Source: Candidatus Staskawiczbacteria bacterium RIFOXYB1_FULL_38_37 (GTDB lineage Bacteria; Patescibacteriota; Minisyncoccia; Minisyncoccales; Staskawiczbacteraceae). Taken from it: DNA of 64,000 nt. Both the position numbers and the translations under genes were made by a program. Numbering within the stretch: the stretch's first letter is position 1; every line of letters starts with the position of its first letter. A model generated the notes under the pieces. The model did not search any database, was not told the origin of the DNA, and saw only the letters and a list, made by a program, of their open reading frames with translations. The DNA lies in contig MHPK01000006.1 in the NCBI GenBank assembly GCA_001822075.1, forward strand, positions 58,977 through 122,976, read 5' to 3'. Below, in pieces: positions 34,501-44,001 of this stretch.

Positions 34501-35754
34501 CTACGTTCGCTTTATATCTGCCCCCAGCTTTTGCAATCTTTCTTCTATTTTTTCATATCCTCTGTCAATCTGATAAATATTTTCTATTGTTGTTTTTCCT
34601 TCAGCCATTAACCCTGCCACAATCAAGCTTGCTCCAGCCCTTATATCCCAGGATTCAATTGCAAGGCCCGAAAGTTCTTTTGGCCCATAAACAAATGCCC
34701 TGTGCGGATCTACTATTTCAATATCAGCTCCCATTTTACGCAGCTGCTGCACATAATTAAACCTGTTTTCATACAAGGGGTCGTGGATTAATGATTTTCC
34801 TTCAGCTTTTGCCAAAAGCGGAGCTATTATAGGAAGCAAGTCTGTGGGAAAACCAGGGTGCGGCAAAGCTTGCACTCTTACTGCTTTCAAATCCGGGGAA
34901 TAGGAGACATTAACACTGTTTTCTTTTTTCTCAAAATTAACTCCCATCTCTTCAAGTTTTGCCAAAAATAAATCTATGTCTTGCGCGTTTACGTTTTTTA
35001 CTTCAATTGACCCTGGCGCCCCAGCTCCAATGGCAATAAAAGTGCCAGCTTCTATATAATCAAAAATAATGCTGTGTTCGGCTCCCTTTAATTCTTTCAC
35101 CCCCTCTATTTCAATTGTATGAGTTCCTGCTCCCTCTATTTTAGCTCCCATTGATTTTAGCATTTTTGCTAAATCCTGCACATGAGGTTCACAAGCTGCT
35201 CCTTTTATTATCGTTTTACCTTCGGCTAAAACAGCAGCCAGCATTATATTTTCTGTGGCTGTAACCGAAAATTCCTCTAAAACAACTTCCGCTCCTTTCA
35301 GATTCTCGCAGTCAACTTTATATAAGCTCCCTTCTTTCTCAATTTTTGCCCCTAATTTTTCAAGGGCATTTATATGCACGTTTATGGGCCTTAGTCCTAT
35401 TTTATCCCCTCCCGGAGCTGATATTTTAAAATGCTTTACTCTAGCCATCAATACTCCAAAAAGCAACACAGACATTCTTGTTTTTGATATTTTTTCAAAA
35501 TCTATTTTTTCTACGTCTATTTTTTCTGCCTTTATTTTTACTTTCCGTTCTGAAATGTTTTTTATTTCAACTCCCATTAATTTAAAAACTTCCAACATAT
35601 TAGAAATGTCTTCTATCAAAGGGAGGTTATCTATTTGGCATTCTTTGTCTGTCAAAAGGCAGGCTGCCAAAATGGGGCCTGCTGCATTTTTTAAACCTCG
35701 CACTTCTATTTCTCCTGAAAGCTTTTTTTGCCCTTGAATTATAAATTTGTCCAT
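34501..35754 (-). CDS. murA: UDP-N-acetylglucosamine 1-carboxyvinyltransferase
   Basis: 417 aa, EPT-family repeats with an active-site Cys region. Confidence 0.9.
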   Translation of the reverse strand: MDKFIIQGQKKLSGEIEVRGLKNAAGPILAACLLTDKECQIDNLPLIEDISNMLEVFKLMGVEIKNISERKVKIKAEKIDVEKIDFEKISKTRMSVLLFGVLMARVKHFKISAPGGDKIGLRPINVHINALEKLGAKIEKEGSLYKVDCENLKGAEVVLEEFSVTATENIMLAAVLAEGKTIIKGAACEPHVQDLAKMLKSMGAKIEGAGTHTIEIEGVKELKGAEHSIIFDYIEAGTFIAIGAGAPGSIEVKNVNAQDIDLFLAKLEEMGVNFEKKENSVNVSYSPDLKAVRVQALPHPGFPTDLLPIIAPLLAKAEGKSLIHDPLYENRFNYVQQLRKMGADIEIVDPHRAFVYGPKELSGLAIESWDIRAGASLIVAGLMAEGKTTIENIYQIDRGYEKIEERLQKLGADIKRT

Positions 35755-35866
35755 ATTGTATGGCTTTATCTTAATCTAAAAAAACTATCTTTGCAAGTGT
35801 AATTAAATGTGATTAAAATCTGGAAAAAATACTCGGTTTGTGATAATATGACATCATACTAAAATT

Positions 35867-37198
35867 ATGAAAAAAGCAACGAGACTGACAATATTAGCTG
35901 TCTGTATTATTCTGTTTTTTATTTTTACCCCCTACATCGTGCTTTATTCTATGGGCTATAGGTTAGATTTTGCAAACATAAAAATTTTAGCTACCGGAGG
36001 AATCTATGTTAGAAGCTACCCGCAGGCTGACCAAATTATCATTGATTCAAAAATAGATGGCAAACCGGGAATGTTTTTAAATGCATTTTTTGTGCAAAAT
36101 CTGGCGCCGCAAAACCACACCTTGCTTGTAAAAAAGCCAGGCTATTTTAGCTATGGAAAAAATGTTTCTGTAATAGAAAACCATGTGACAAAGCTTGAAA
36201 ACATACTTTTGATAAAAGAAAATTTAAGCTTTGATTTGCTTGCCGAAAAAACAGATTATTTTTCGCTGTCTTCTGACAAAAAATATATCTTGGTTTCAGA
36301 ATACAGCCAGGAGTCCTTAGCTCTTGAATATTTGCAGCTGTCTTCGCCCGGCTTAAAAAAGAATTATTCCGTACTCCTGAAAAATACAGAAATTTTAGAT
36401 ACTACTTGGGCCGACAACTCAAACATCGCCTTAATAAAAATAAAAAATGCTTCCGACGTTTCATATTATATTTTTGACCCTTCTAGCGCCAAAACAGTTT
36501 TGGCTGCTGTTCCGTATTTAGATAAAAACTCAACCCAAATTTATTTTGACGGAGCCCAAATATATTATGTCGAAAACCAAACGCTTTATTATTTGAAAAA
36601 TACCAAAGTAACAGCTCTAATCAAAGATATAGCTGCCTATAAAATTTTAGATAACAAAATATTGGCGCTGTCTTCTGACGGGCTTTTATTAGAATATGAC
36701 GTTTTAGGAAAGCTTTTGCAAAATATTACAACAAAAAAGTTTTTGCTATATAAAAACAAAAGTTATAAGCTAAGTGTTGAATTCCAAAGAACCTTTTTAG
36801 AAACGAATGATTCTTTGTATCTTTTTGATCCAGACAAAGAGGCTTTTGCTGACTTTTATTCGCCCATAGAAAATTATGAAATTTTATTTGCCCCGGACGG
36901 CAAAAATTTAATTTTATCCAACAGCAATGAAATATATTTATACTCTTTTGAAGAAAAATTATATAAAAAATTATTCTCAGGAGAAAAAATAAAAAACTGC
37001 CAATGGCTAAATAACGATTATATAATTTTTGAAGATAATAAAACTATAAAAATTTCTGAAATAGATTATAGGGGGAACATAAACATAGTTTCATTGCCCC
37101 CCGATAACCCTTCTCAGATAGCCTTCAACAGGCAAGACGGCAAGCTATACGTACTTGCAGAAAAACAGCTTATTTTTTCAGAAAAAATAACCCAGTAG
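35867..37198 (+). CDS. membrane-anchored protein with PEGA-like domain and C-terminal beta-rich region (hypothetical)
   Basis: N-terminal TM helix, a PEGA-like stretch (VRSYPQADQIIIDSKIDGKPGMFLNAFFVQNLAPQNHTLLVKKPGYFSYGKNVSV), then Y/N-rich beta-strand repeats. Confidence 0.4.
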   Translation: MKKATRLTILAVCIILFFIFTPYIVLYSMGYRLDFANIKILATGGIYVRSYPQADQIIIDSKIDGKPGMFLNAFFVQNLAPQNHTLLVKKPGYFSYGKNVSVIENHVTKLENILLIKENLSFDLLAEKTDYFSLSSDKKYILVSEYSQESLALEYLQLSSPGLKKNYSVLLKNTEILDTTWADNSNIALIKIKNASDVSYYIFDPSSAKTVLAAVPYLDKNSTQIYFDGAQIYYVENQTLYYLKNTKVTALIKDIAAYKILDNKILALSSDGLLLEYDVLGKLLQNITTKKFLLYKNKSYKLSVEFQRTFLETNDSLYLFDPDKEAFADFYSPIENYEILFAPDGKNLILSNSNEIYLYSFEEKLYKKLFSGEKIKNCQWLNNDYIIFEDNKTIKISEIDYRGNINIVSLPPDNPSQIAFNRQDGKLYVLAEKQLIFSEKITQ

Positions 37199-37209
37199 GA
37201 TTATTTTTT

Positions 37210-37902
37210 TTACGAAGTTTGAGTTTCTTGTTCTGCAACTTTTTTTTTGAATTCTTCCCAGTTTAAAGCTTCCCCATTCGCCATTTTGCATATGTCTTTA
37301 AACTGGCAATAACTGCATTGCCAGTTTCTGGGATAATCTGCAAGCCTGGCTGGAACCTCATTCTTTTCTACCTGGGCTTTCAAAGAATTAAATTTATCTA
37401 AAAGAGAATTGCATAGCTGTTCATCGTAATCCACAAAAAATTCTTTCATATCCTGCTGGTCTTTGTCTATGTAAAGCAGTATGCCTTTTTTAATGTTAAA
37501 AAAATGCAGATAAAGCTGTATCTGATAAACATTCTCCTCTTTGGGAGCTGCCATTCTTTTAAAAATCATGCTGTTTATTGATTTTATATCCAGCACATAA
37601 TTTTCATTTCCAATGCATAAAATTGCGTCCGCCCTGCCTGAAATTATTTCGCTCGTCGGAATTGGAATCTCTGTTACAACTCCTAATCTCAAGCGGTATA
37701 AAATGTTAAAAATGCTTCTGTGCATGTTTTCTCCACGTTCAAAAATGCGCATTATTCTTGCGTCCATTGGCTCGCGCGGAGCATTTTTAAACTTAAAAAA
37801 AACAGCGCGCGGGCATTTACCGGCATCTGTAATATAAAACCTCGTCTGGTCTTTATTTTTTTGATTATCCAAATAAAACTGGTCTATAAGCTCTTTTAAC
37901 AT
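37210..37902 (-). CDS. Cas4-like / RecB-family PD-(D/E)XK nuclease with 4-Cys (Fe-S-type) cluster, stand-alone
   Basis: N-terminal Cys (GKCPRA), motif II-III GRADAI...VLDIKS, QhxxY (YQIQLYLHF) and C-terminal CSYCQFKDIC. No CRISPR array or cas1 nearby. Confidence 0.6.
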   Translation of the reverse strand: MLKELIDQFYLDNQKNKDQTRFYITDAGKCPRAVFFKFKNAPREPMDARIMRIFERGENMHRSIFNILYRLRLGVVTEIPIPTSEIISGRADAILCIGNENYVLDIKSINSMIFKRMAAPKEENVYQIQLYLHFFNIKKGILLYIDKDQQDMKEFFVDYDEQLCNSLLDKFNSLKAQVEKNEVPARLADYPRNWQCSYCQFKDICKMANGEALNWEEFKKKVAEQETQTS

Positions 37903-37937
37903 AATGCGATGCCAATATGCGAATGCATACTAATGAT
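37902..37937. repeat. family A repeat fragment (right arm, reverse orientation) abutting the Cas4-like start codon
   Basis: taatgcgatgccaatatgcgaatgcatactaatgat is the reverse complement of the 3' 36 bp of family A. Confidence 0.75.
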
Positions 37938-38012
37938 ACTAATAATATTTAAATGATAACAATTATAAAAAATATATGCAAATTCCGACCGCTCAAACAC
38001 GTCTGAGCGATT

Positions 38013-38039
38013 AAAAAGCCGCCTTTCGGCGGCTTTTTT
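38013..38039. terminator. bidirectional intrinsic terminator
   Basis: aaaaagccgcctttcggcggctttttt. Confidence 0.65.
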
Positions 38040-38041
38040 AA

Positions 38042-38078
38042 ATTCGTACATTCGTAACAGATTCGTAATTCGTTGATG
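38042..38078. repeat. family C repeat, right half only, directly after rpsI stop
   Basis: attcgtacattcgtaacagattcgtaattcgttgatg matches the right arm of the split copy at 18738-18775. Confidence 0.75.
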
Positions 38079-38672
38079 TTACCTCTTGCTCCATTGCGGG
38101 GCTTTTCTGGCTCTCTTCAATCCGAATTTTTTTCTTTCCCTCATTCTTTCGTCTCTTGTCAAATAGCCTGCTTTTCTTAACCTTTTTCTGAAATTATTAT
38201 TAAAATCAACCAAAACCCTTGCTGTTCCATGCCTTACAGCTTCAGCTTGGGCATGCCTGCCTCCCCCTTTTACTTTTACTGTCACCCTGAATTTATCAAG
38301 GCACTTCATTTTTTTCATTGAAGAAACAGCTGTTTCCTGGTCGTCTTCCAAAGAAAAATATTGCTTGTAAGATTTATTGTTTACTAAAAAATCTTTATCT
38401 CCTTTTGTAAAAAGGCGCACGCGGGCCACAGCTGTTTTTCTCCTTCCAATGGCTTCAAAATAGCGGTCTGGCTTTCCGGTGCTTTCTTTTATTGATTTTG
38501 CAATTTCTTCTGAAATATCTTCATCTGCCATATCAGTTGCCTCATCCTGGTCAATTAAAACCACTGGAGTTTTTTCCTCCTTCGCCTCGCCGAAGCTTTC
38601 AGCGAAGGCGGGTTTCTTTTCTTCAGCAGGTTTTTTCTCTTCTTTTGTTATTTTCTTAGTTCTTGGTGACAT
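38079..38672 (-). CDS. rpsI: 30S ribosomal protein S9 with ~65-aa N-terminal extension
   Basis: C-terminal GGGRHAQAEAVRHGTARVL...KAPQWSKR, canonical S9. Confidence 0.9.
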   Translation of the reverse strand: MSPRTKKITKEEKKPAEEKKPAFAESFGEAKEEKTPVVLIDQDEATDMADEDISEEIAKSIKESTGKPDRYFEAIGRRKTAVARVRLFTKGDKDFLVNNKSYKQYFSLEDDQETAVSSMKKMKCLDKFRVTVKVKGGGRHAQAEAVRHGTARVLVDFNNNFRKRLRKAGYLTRDERMRERKKFGLKRARKAPQWSKR

Positions 38673-38674
38673 TA

Positions 38675-39037
38675 TTATTTTTCAAATTTTAATCTTTTTA
38701 TCTGCCTTGCCCTTAATTTATTTTTACAAAGCATTCCCATCACAGCTTTTCTCAAAACTTCTTCCGGACCCCTTTTAATTAAAAATTCTTTCAATGTTGC
38801 CTGCTTCATATTTCCTAAATAGCCTGTAAAATGGAAATAATTTTTATTTTCTAATTTATTTCCTGTAAATTTCATTTTATCAATATTTTTTACAACAACA
38901 GTGTCGCCCATATCTTTGTATGGCACAAAATCTGGCTTATTTTTACCTCTTAATAAAACAGCCGCATGGACAGCCAGCCTGCCCAAAGATTTATTTTCAG
39001 CGTCTAATATATGTGTTTTTCTTTCTGCTTTTTCCAT
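38675..39037 (-). CDS. rplM: 50S ribosomal protein L13
   Basis: 120 aa, THILDAENKSLGRLA, typical L13. Confidence 0.9.
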   Translation of the reverse strand: MEKAERKTHILDAENKSLGRLAVHAAVLLRGKNKPDFVPYKDMGDTVVVKNIDKMKFTGNKLENKNYFHFTGYLGNMKQATLKEFLIKRGPEEVLRKAVMGMLCKNKLRARQIKRLKFEK

Positions 39038-39043
39038 ATCAAA

Positions 39044-39397
39044 TTATTGTTTTACAAGCTCTATAATCGCCATTTTTGCTCCGTCTGAATTCCTGGGGCT
39101 TAATCTTAAAATTCTTGTGTACCCCCCATTCCTGTCTTGATATTTGGGAGCTGTTTCTACAAATATCTTTTTTGCCATTTCCGGAATAAGGGTTCTTAAA
39201 ATCTGCCTGCGGTTTGCAACAGTGTCTTTTTTAGCTCTTGTTATCAGCTTTTCAACTATGGGCCTTAATTCTTTAGCTTTGGCTTCTGTAGTTTTAATTC
39301 TTTCGTGCAAGAAAAAATTATTGGCCAAAGACCTTAACAAAGCTTTTCTTGGCCCCTTTTTCCTTGATAATTTTCTGCCTTTGTTTAGCTTTCTCAT
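39044..39397 (-). CDS. rplQ: 50S ribosomal protein L17
   Basis: 117 aa, GYTRILRLSPRNSDGAKMAIIELV. Confidence 0.9.
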   Translation of the reverse strand: MRKLNKGRKLSRKKGPRKALLRSLANNFFLHERIKTTEAKAKELRPIVEKLITRAKKDTVANRRQILRTLIPEMAKKIFVETAPKYQDRNGGYTRILRLSPRNSDGAKMAIIELVKQ

Positions 39398-39403
39398 AAT
39401 AAT

Positions 39404-40384
39404 TTACTCTCCTGATTTTAACTCAAGCCCTAATTTTTTAATTTTTCTTTTTATTTCAGAAATAGCCTTATCCCCCATGCCTTCTAATTCCAATAAAGAC
39501 TTTTCTGATTTTTTCAAAATCCCGCCTACTGTTTTTATATTATTCTTCAGCAAAGCATTAAACGTTCTGCCTGTGAATTTTAAATCTTCAACGTTGATTT
39601 GGGTTGCATCAGAAATTTTTTCTTCTTTGGCAGATGAGCCTTTGCCATGAGCTGTTTTTTCTAAAGGCCTTATTGCTTTGCCTTCAAAAATTACATTAAA
39701 ATGCCTTATCAAAATATCACAAGCTTCAAAAAAGGCTTCTTCTGGAGTAATGGTGCCATCAGTCTCTATTTCCAGGCTCAATTTATCAAAGTCTGTCCTG
39801 TCGCCCACGCGCATATTTTCAATTTGAAAATTTACATTTTTAATGGGAGTGTAGATTGCGTCTAATGCAATTACCCCTATTTCTGATTTTTTAGATGCGC
39901 CAGAGGCCGCTTTTTCAACCTGAACTTTTCTTTGTTCTTTTGGCTCGTACCCCAGTCCTTTTTGTATATGTATTTCTATTTCAAGCTCTGTTTTTTTATC
40001 GCTTATTGTGGCAATGTGAGTTTCTGGGTTCACAAGTTCTACCTGGGAAGGAAGCTTAAAATCAGACCCTTTCACTTCTTTTTCTCCTTTTACTTTAAGC
40101 TCTATTTTGTAATCCTCTCCCTCGTGGATTTTAAATCTTAACTTTTTTAAATTCAAAAGAACCATTATCCCGTCTTCTAAAACTCCGGGGATTGTGGAAA
40201 ACTCATGGGGAGCGCCTTTTATTTTTGCCTCTGTTATGGCAACTCCCTGCAAAGAAGAAAGCAAAACTCTTCTTATGGCATTTCCAATGGTAACACCGTA
40301 TCCAGGATAAAGCCCTTCTATTTCAAAAACCGCTTGGTTATTTTTTTTATGAATTACTTTTGGGGGCAATGGAAGTGAAATCAT
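39404..40384 (-). CDS. rpoA: DNA-directed RNA polymerase subunit alpha
   Basis: 326 aa with N-terminal dimerisation domain and alpha-CTD (SLLELEGMGDKAISEIKRKIKKLGL). Confidence 0.9.
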   Translation of the reverse strand: MISLPLPPKVIHKKNNQAVFEIEGLYPGYGVTIGNAIRRVLLSSLQGVAITEAKIKGAPHEFSTIPGVLEDGIMVLLNLKKLRFKIHEGEDYKIELKVKGEKEVKGSDFKLPSQVELVNPETHIATISDKKTELEIEIHIQKGLGYEPKEQRKVQVEKAASGASKKSEIGVIALDAIYTPIKNVNFQIENMRVGDRTDFDKLSLEIETDGTITPEEAFFEACDILIRHFNVIFEGKAIRPLEKTAHGKGSSAKEEKISDATQINVEDLKFTGRTFNALLKNNIKTVGGILKKSEKSLLELEGMGDKAISEIKRKIKKLGLELKSGE

Positions 40385-40386
40385 GA

Positions 40387-40461
40387 AAAATCATCGAATT
40401 ACGAATTTTTTACGAATTTACGAATTCGTATATTCGTAGCAGATCCGTTATTCGTTGATGG
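40387..40461. repeat. repeat family C copy 4 (between rpoA start and rpsD stop)
   Basis: aaaatcatcgaattacgaattttttacgaatttacgaattcgtatattcgtagcagatccgttattcgttgatg. Confidence 0.85.
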
Positions 40462-41091
40462 TTACCTTGAATAAAATTCGAATATAGAAGAAATTTCCGC
40501 CGGAGCATTTACCTCTTCAAGGTTTGGATCTCCAACAGCTTTTCCTTCAAGTTCTTCTTTGTTTAAATTTAGCCATACCGGAGGCTCATATTTTTTAATC
40601 TGCGCTTGCAAATCTTTGAGCGCTCCTTTTTTCTTTTTATTTTCTTTTATAGAAATTATATCTCCTTTTTTTATGCTGTATGAAGGTATGTTAGCTGGCT
40701 TGCCGTTTATCAAAAAATAACCGTGAGACACCAGCTGCCTTGCTTGCGCCCTTGATTTGGCTATGCCCAAGCGAAAAATCACGTTGTCTAATCTTTTTTC
40801 TAATTTTTTTATAAATTCTTCAGCTATGTTTTCAACTTTTCCCATTTTAGCTAAAGATTCTTCTGCATATTTTTTAAACTGCCTTTCTGAAACTCCGTAC
40901 CATTTCTTCAAAGTCTGCTTTTCTTCTAAAGACTTTTTAAAAGCAGACGGAGAGCCCCCCCTTCTTTTTTTCTGGGGGCCCGGAGCATATGCTCTTTTTA
41001 CCATAGCGCATTTTTGTGAAAAGCACCTCTCTCCTTTCAAAAAGAGTTTTTGCCCCAAACGTCTGCAAGTTTTACATTGATCGTATCTCAT
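40462..41091 (-). CDS. rpsD: 30S ribosomal protein S4
   Basis: 209 aa with N-terminal Zn-ribbon-like CKTCRR...C..C and an S4 domain. Confidence 0.9.
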   Translation of the reverse strand: MRYDQCKTCRRLGQKLFLKGERCFSQKCAMVKRAYAPGPQKKRRGGSPSAFKKSLEEKQTLKKWYGVSERQFKKYAEESLAKMGKVENIAEEFIKKLEKRLDNVIFRLGIAKSRAQARQLVSHGYFLINGKPANIPSYSIKKGDIISIKENKKKKGALKDLQAQIKKYEPPVWLNLNKEELEGKAVGDPNLEEVNAPAEISSIFEFYSR

Positions 41092-41096
41092 AGTTT

Positions 41097-41552
41097 TTAT
41101 ATTCTTCTTACTTTTTTAGGCCTGCATCCGTTATGCGGAATTGGAGTAATATCCTTGATAGAGGAAATATTCAATCCCTGCGAAACTAAAGTTCTTACAG
41201 CTGACTCGCGCCCGGCTCCAATTCCTTTTATAAAAACATCTGTTTTCTCAATGCCTAATTTTTTGCATATATTTACTACGGCTTCGGCCACCTTGGAAGC
41301 CGCAAAAGACGTGGCTTTCTTGGTCCCCTTAAAACCCACAGACCCAGCTGATTTGAAAGCTAAAACTTGGCCCTTGTGGTTTGTAAGGGTTATAAGCGTG
41401 TTATTGTAAGAGGATGATACGTATATTCTTGCCTGTCGCACCCCTAAAGCTGCTGCCTTAACCTTTGTTTCCTTTTCCACTGCCTTGTCAACTTTCTCTT
41501 TTTCTTTCATCAACTCCTCTTGGTCTGCTTCTATAATATGTTTTTTCCCCAT
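41097..41552 (-). CDS. rpsK: 30S ribosomal protein S11 with short N-terminal extension
   Basis: ARIYVSSSYNNTLITLTNHKGQVLAFKSAGSVGFKG. Confidence 0.9.
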   Translation of the reverse strand: MGKKHIIEADQEELMKEKEKVDKAVEKETKVKAAALGVRQARIYVSSSYNNTLITLTNHKGQVLAFKSAGSVGFKGTKKATSFAASKVAEAVVNICKKLGIEKTDVFIKGIGAGRESAVRTLVSQGLNISSIKDITPIPHNGCRPKKVRRI

Positions 41553-41571
41553 AGCTTTTTACTTCGTAAAA

Positions 41572-41663
41572 GAAATTCGAAATTCGAATATCGAAATTCG
41601 AAACGTGTTTTGAATTTTGAATTTTAGATTTGTTTCGGATTTCGGATTTCGTGCTTCGGATTT
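41572..41663. repeat. unusually long rpsM-rpsK spacer made of short tandem repeats (gaaattc x4, ttttgaa x2, tttcggattt x3)
   Basis: gaaattcgaaattcgaatatcgaaattcgaaacg...ttttgaattttgaatttt...tttcggatttcggatttcgtgcttcggattt. Same heptad family as the in-gene arrays in eno and gatA. Confidence 0.8.
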
Positions 41664-41668
41664 TCTAA

Positions 41669-42058
41669 TTATGTTGGCGCTGCCGCCGGCTTGCGTCCTG
41701 AACCCATAGTCTTTCTTACGTTTCCCCTGACTGTTCTTGTATTTGTTTTTGTCCTCTGCCCTCTTACCGGCAATCCTTTGGCATGGCGCATGCCTCTCCA
41801 TGCTCCAATGTCTTTCAGCCTTTTAATATTAATCATTATCTGCCTTCTTAAATCTCCTTCAATTTTATAATTTTTTTCAATAAATTCTTTCAAATCATTT
41901 ACCTCTTTAGAAGTTAAATCTTTTGCCTTTTTATTTAAATCAATCTTAAGCTCTCCTAAAATTTTTTTACTCAAAGAATTGCCTATTCCGTAAATATAGG
42001 TTAAAGATATTTCTATTCTTTTGTTTTCCGGGATATTTACCCCTGCAATTCTCGGCAT
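41669..42058 (-). CDS. rpsM: 30S ribosomal protein S13
   Basis: MPRIAGVNIPENKRIEISLTYIYGIG. Confidence 0.9.
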   Translation of the reverse strand: MPRIAGVNIPENKRIEISLTYIYGIGNSLSKKILGELKIDLNKKAKDLTSKEVNDLKEFIEKNYKIEGDLRRQIMINIKRLKDIGAWRGMRHAKGLPVRGQRTKTNTRTVRGNVRKTMGSGRKPAAAPT

Positions 42059-42137
42059 TTTTCATGGAACATAGAACATGGAACATGGAACAAAAAATAA
42101 AAATTGTTTCATGTTATGTGTTTTATGTTATGTGAGA

Positions 42138-42254
42138 TTAACCTTGTCTTTGTTTGTGCTTTGGATTTTTTTTACATACAACATAAATACGACCTCCTCT
42201 TCTGACGATTTTGCAATCTTTGCACATTTTTTTAATTGCCGGCCTTACTTTCAT
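42138..42254 (-). CDS. rpmJ: 50S ribosomal protein L36 (38 aa; below track cutoff)
   Basis: Manual translation gives [38 protein letters not shown] with the C-x2-C-x12-C-x4-H zinc ribbon. Confidence 0.8.
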   Translation of the reverse strand: MKVRPAIKKMCKDCKIVRRGGRIYVVCKKNPKHKQRQG

Positions 42255-42303
42255 TGTATAAATAAAAAAAATCTAAAAAATTTTAGGTTTTTATATTTTT
42301 ATT

Positions 42304-42546
42304 CTATTTGAGCCGATAAACAATCCTGCCTTTTTTATCATCATACGGAGTCATTTCCACCAAAATCTTATCTCCTGGTAAAATGCTGATTCTGTTCATT
42401 CTCATTTTTCCCGAAAGAAATCCCATTATCTCATTGCCGTCATCTAATACTACCTTAAAAAAGGCGTTTGGTAAAGCCTCAGTGACCCTACCCTCCTTTT
42501 TTATAACTTTTTTATTTTGGTTATTTTTTTCCTCTTCTTGAGGCAT
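42304..42546 (-). CDS. infA: translation initiation factor IF-1
   Basis: [51 protein letters not shown]. Confidence 0.9.
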   Translation of the reverse strand: MPQEEEKNNQNKKVIKKEGRVTEALPNAFFKVVLDDGNEIMGFLSGKMRMNRISILPGDKILVEMTPYDDKKGRIVYRLK

Positions 42547-42585
42547 CTTTTATATAATAGCAAATTAGACTGCAAAGGTCAAGCC

Positions 42586-43887
42586 CTACTCAAATTTTAG
42601 CTCAACTTTAATAGCCTTTTGACTGTTAGGAGACTTTTTAACCCAGAAGGGCCACAAGTTAACTTTTACATTAGAAACCTGGTCCCCTAAATTATCTTTT
42701 ATGGTTTCCTTTATCTGATCTTTGTTTTTATTAACCAGCAAAGGTATTAAATAATTTTTATTGATGTCTTGGTAAATTCCAGATGAAAAATTTAAATTAA
42801 GGATTGTCTTTCCCTTATCAATATCTGTTTTGGAAGCCGTGCAATCCGTTTTAAATGCGCTTTCGAGCAGTGTTTCTGAATCTGGCATCTGCGAAATAAT
42901 ATAATCTTTGGCAAATTTTTCCAAATCAGATTTCTTAAACGTCAAAGCTCTTGATTTAACCTTTGCATTGTATGTAAAGCTATCAGCCGCTGTGCCGGAT
43001 TTTGTATCCGCTGAGGCAGAAATAATTTCAGAATAAATCATCTCGTCTATCAGCATATAATCTTCTGGAAGGTTGTTTCTTAAGTCTGCTTCAGCTTCAG
43101 ATATCAACTTTTTAGTCAAGCTGTCTTTTGCAAGCTCAATATCATCATCTATCACTTTTTTAACTTTGCCTGCGTATCCGCCAGACATACCATTAGAAGA
43201 TTCTGCGTAAATGCTGTAATAGTAAGCAGTCCCCGATAATTTGGGAACAGAAAAAGTGGCAGGTCCTATATTGTACCCCTCCCCGCCTTCTACGGCCTCA
43301 ACCTCAACTTCAACAGACCCCGGGGCAATCTTGCTTCCGCTTTTTTTGCCAGCTGGTATGGCAACTCTTTTCAAAGTAACAAAATATTTCCCAGAATCTG
43401 AAAGAAAATGCGTTCCCACTTTTAAAGTAACGGGCGCGGGGGGATCATATTTGTTGTAAATAGCGATTATTCCCGTAGCCTTTCCTTCGTTTGACGCGTT
43501 TCCTGTGGCTGGGAATTCCTGGCTTCCTGTTTTTTCTGCTTCAAAATATTTTGCCGGTATTATGTTTGACGCAAAATCAATTTCATCAGCTGAAGTGTCA
43601 GCTGTAACTGTCTCTTCAAAACTCAGGGTTTCTACTTTCGGCCAAATTTCAACATTGGCCTTTGGCAATTTAAAAAATAAATATACGCAGGCTAAAACAA
43701 CAATGACTCCAGCCCCAATTGCAACTTTTCTCCATGGAAAAAATCTTTCTTCCCGCGGCCCTGCTGCCCGTTTGTTTCTGGAAACAGAAGAAGAACGAGG
43801 TTTTTTTTCTTCCAAAAACTCTTTTATATTTTTTTCTGTTTTACGAGATATTTTTGGCGGTTTAACATCATATACTTTTCTTGGCAT
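42586..43887 (-). CDS. hypothetical single-pass membrane protein with large extracytoplasmic domain
   Basis: 433 aa with a basic N-terminus, one TM helix and no recognised motif. Confidence 0.3.
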   Translation of the reverse strand: MPRKVYDVKPPKISRKTEKNIKEFLEEKKPRSSSVSRNKRAAGPREERFFPWRKVAIGAGVIVVLACVYLFFKLPKANVEIWPKVETLSFEETVTADTSADEIDFASNIIPAKYFEAEKTGSQEFPATGNASNEGKATGIIAIYNKYDPPAPVTLKVGTHFLSDSGKYFVTLKRVAIPAGKKSGSKIAPGSVEVEVEAVEGGEGYNIGPATFSVPKLSGTAYYYSIYAESSNGMSGGYAGKVKKVIDDDIELAKDSLTKKLISEAEADLRNNLPEDYMLIDEMIYSEIISASADTKSGTAADSFTYNAKVKSRALTFKKSDLEKFAKDYIISQMPDSETLLESAFKTDCTASKTDIDKGKTILNLNFSSGIYQDINKNYLIPLLVNKNKDQIKETIKDNLGDQVSNVKVNLWPFWVKKSPNSQKAIKVELKFE

Positions 43888-43956
43888 AATCCTGTAAATT
43901 TTTAATTTTAAATTTTTAATTTTAATTCAATTTTCAATAACTAAATGTTTAAATTT

Positions 43957-43974
43957 AAAAACCCGGCGGGTTTT
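43957..43974 (-). terminator. intrinsic terminator after alaS
   Basis: aaaacccggcgggtttt hairpin flanked by A/T runs, 30 nt 3' of the alaS stop. Confidence 0.55.
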
Positions 43975-44001
43975 AATCATTGGAAATTGTAAATTGGTAA
44001 T

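Noticed and set aside
41559-41801. Track ORF 41559..41801(-), 80 aa, overlapping the rpsM 3' end and the repeat-rich spacer
   Set aside because: Out-of-frame overlap with rpsM and it runs through the tandem-repeat spacer. Composition artefact.
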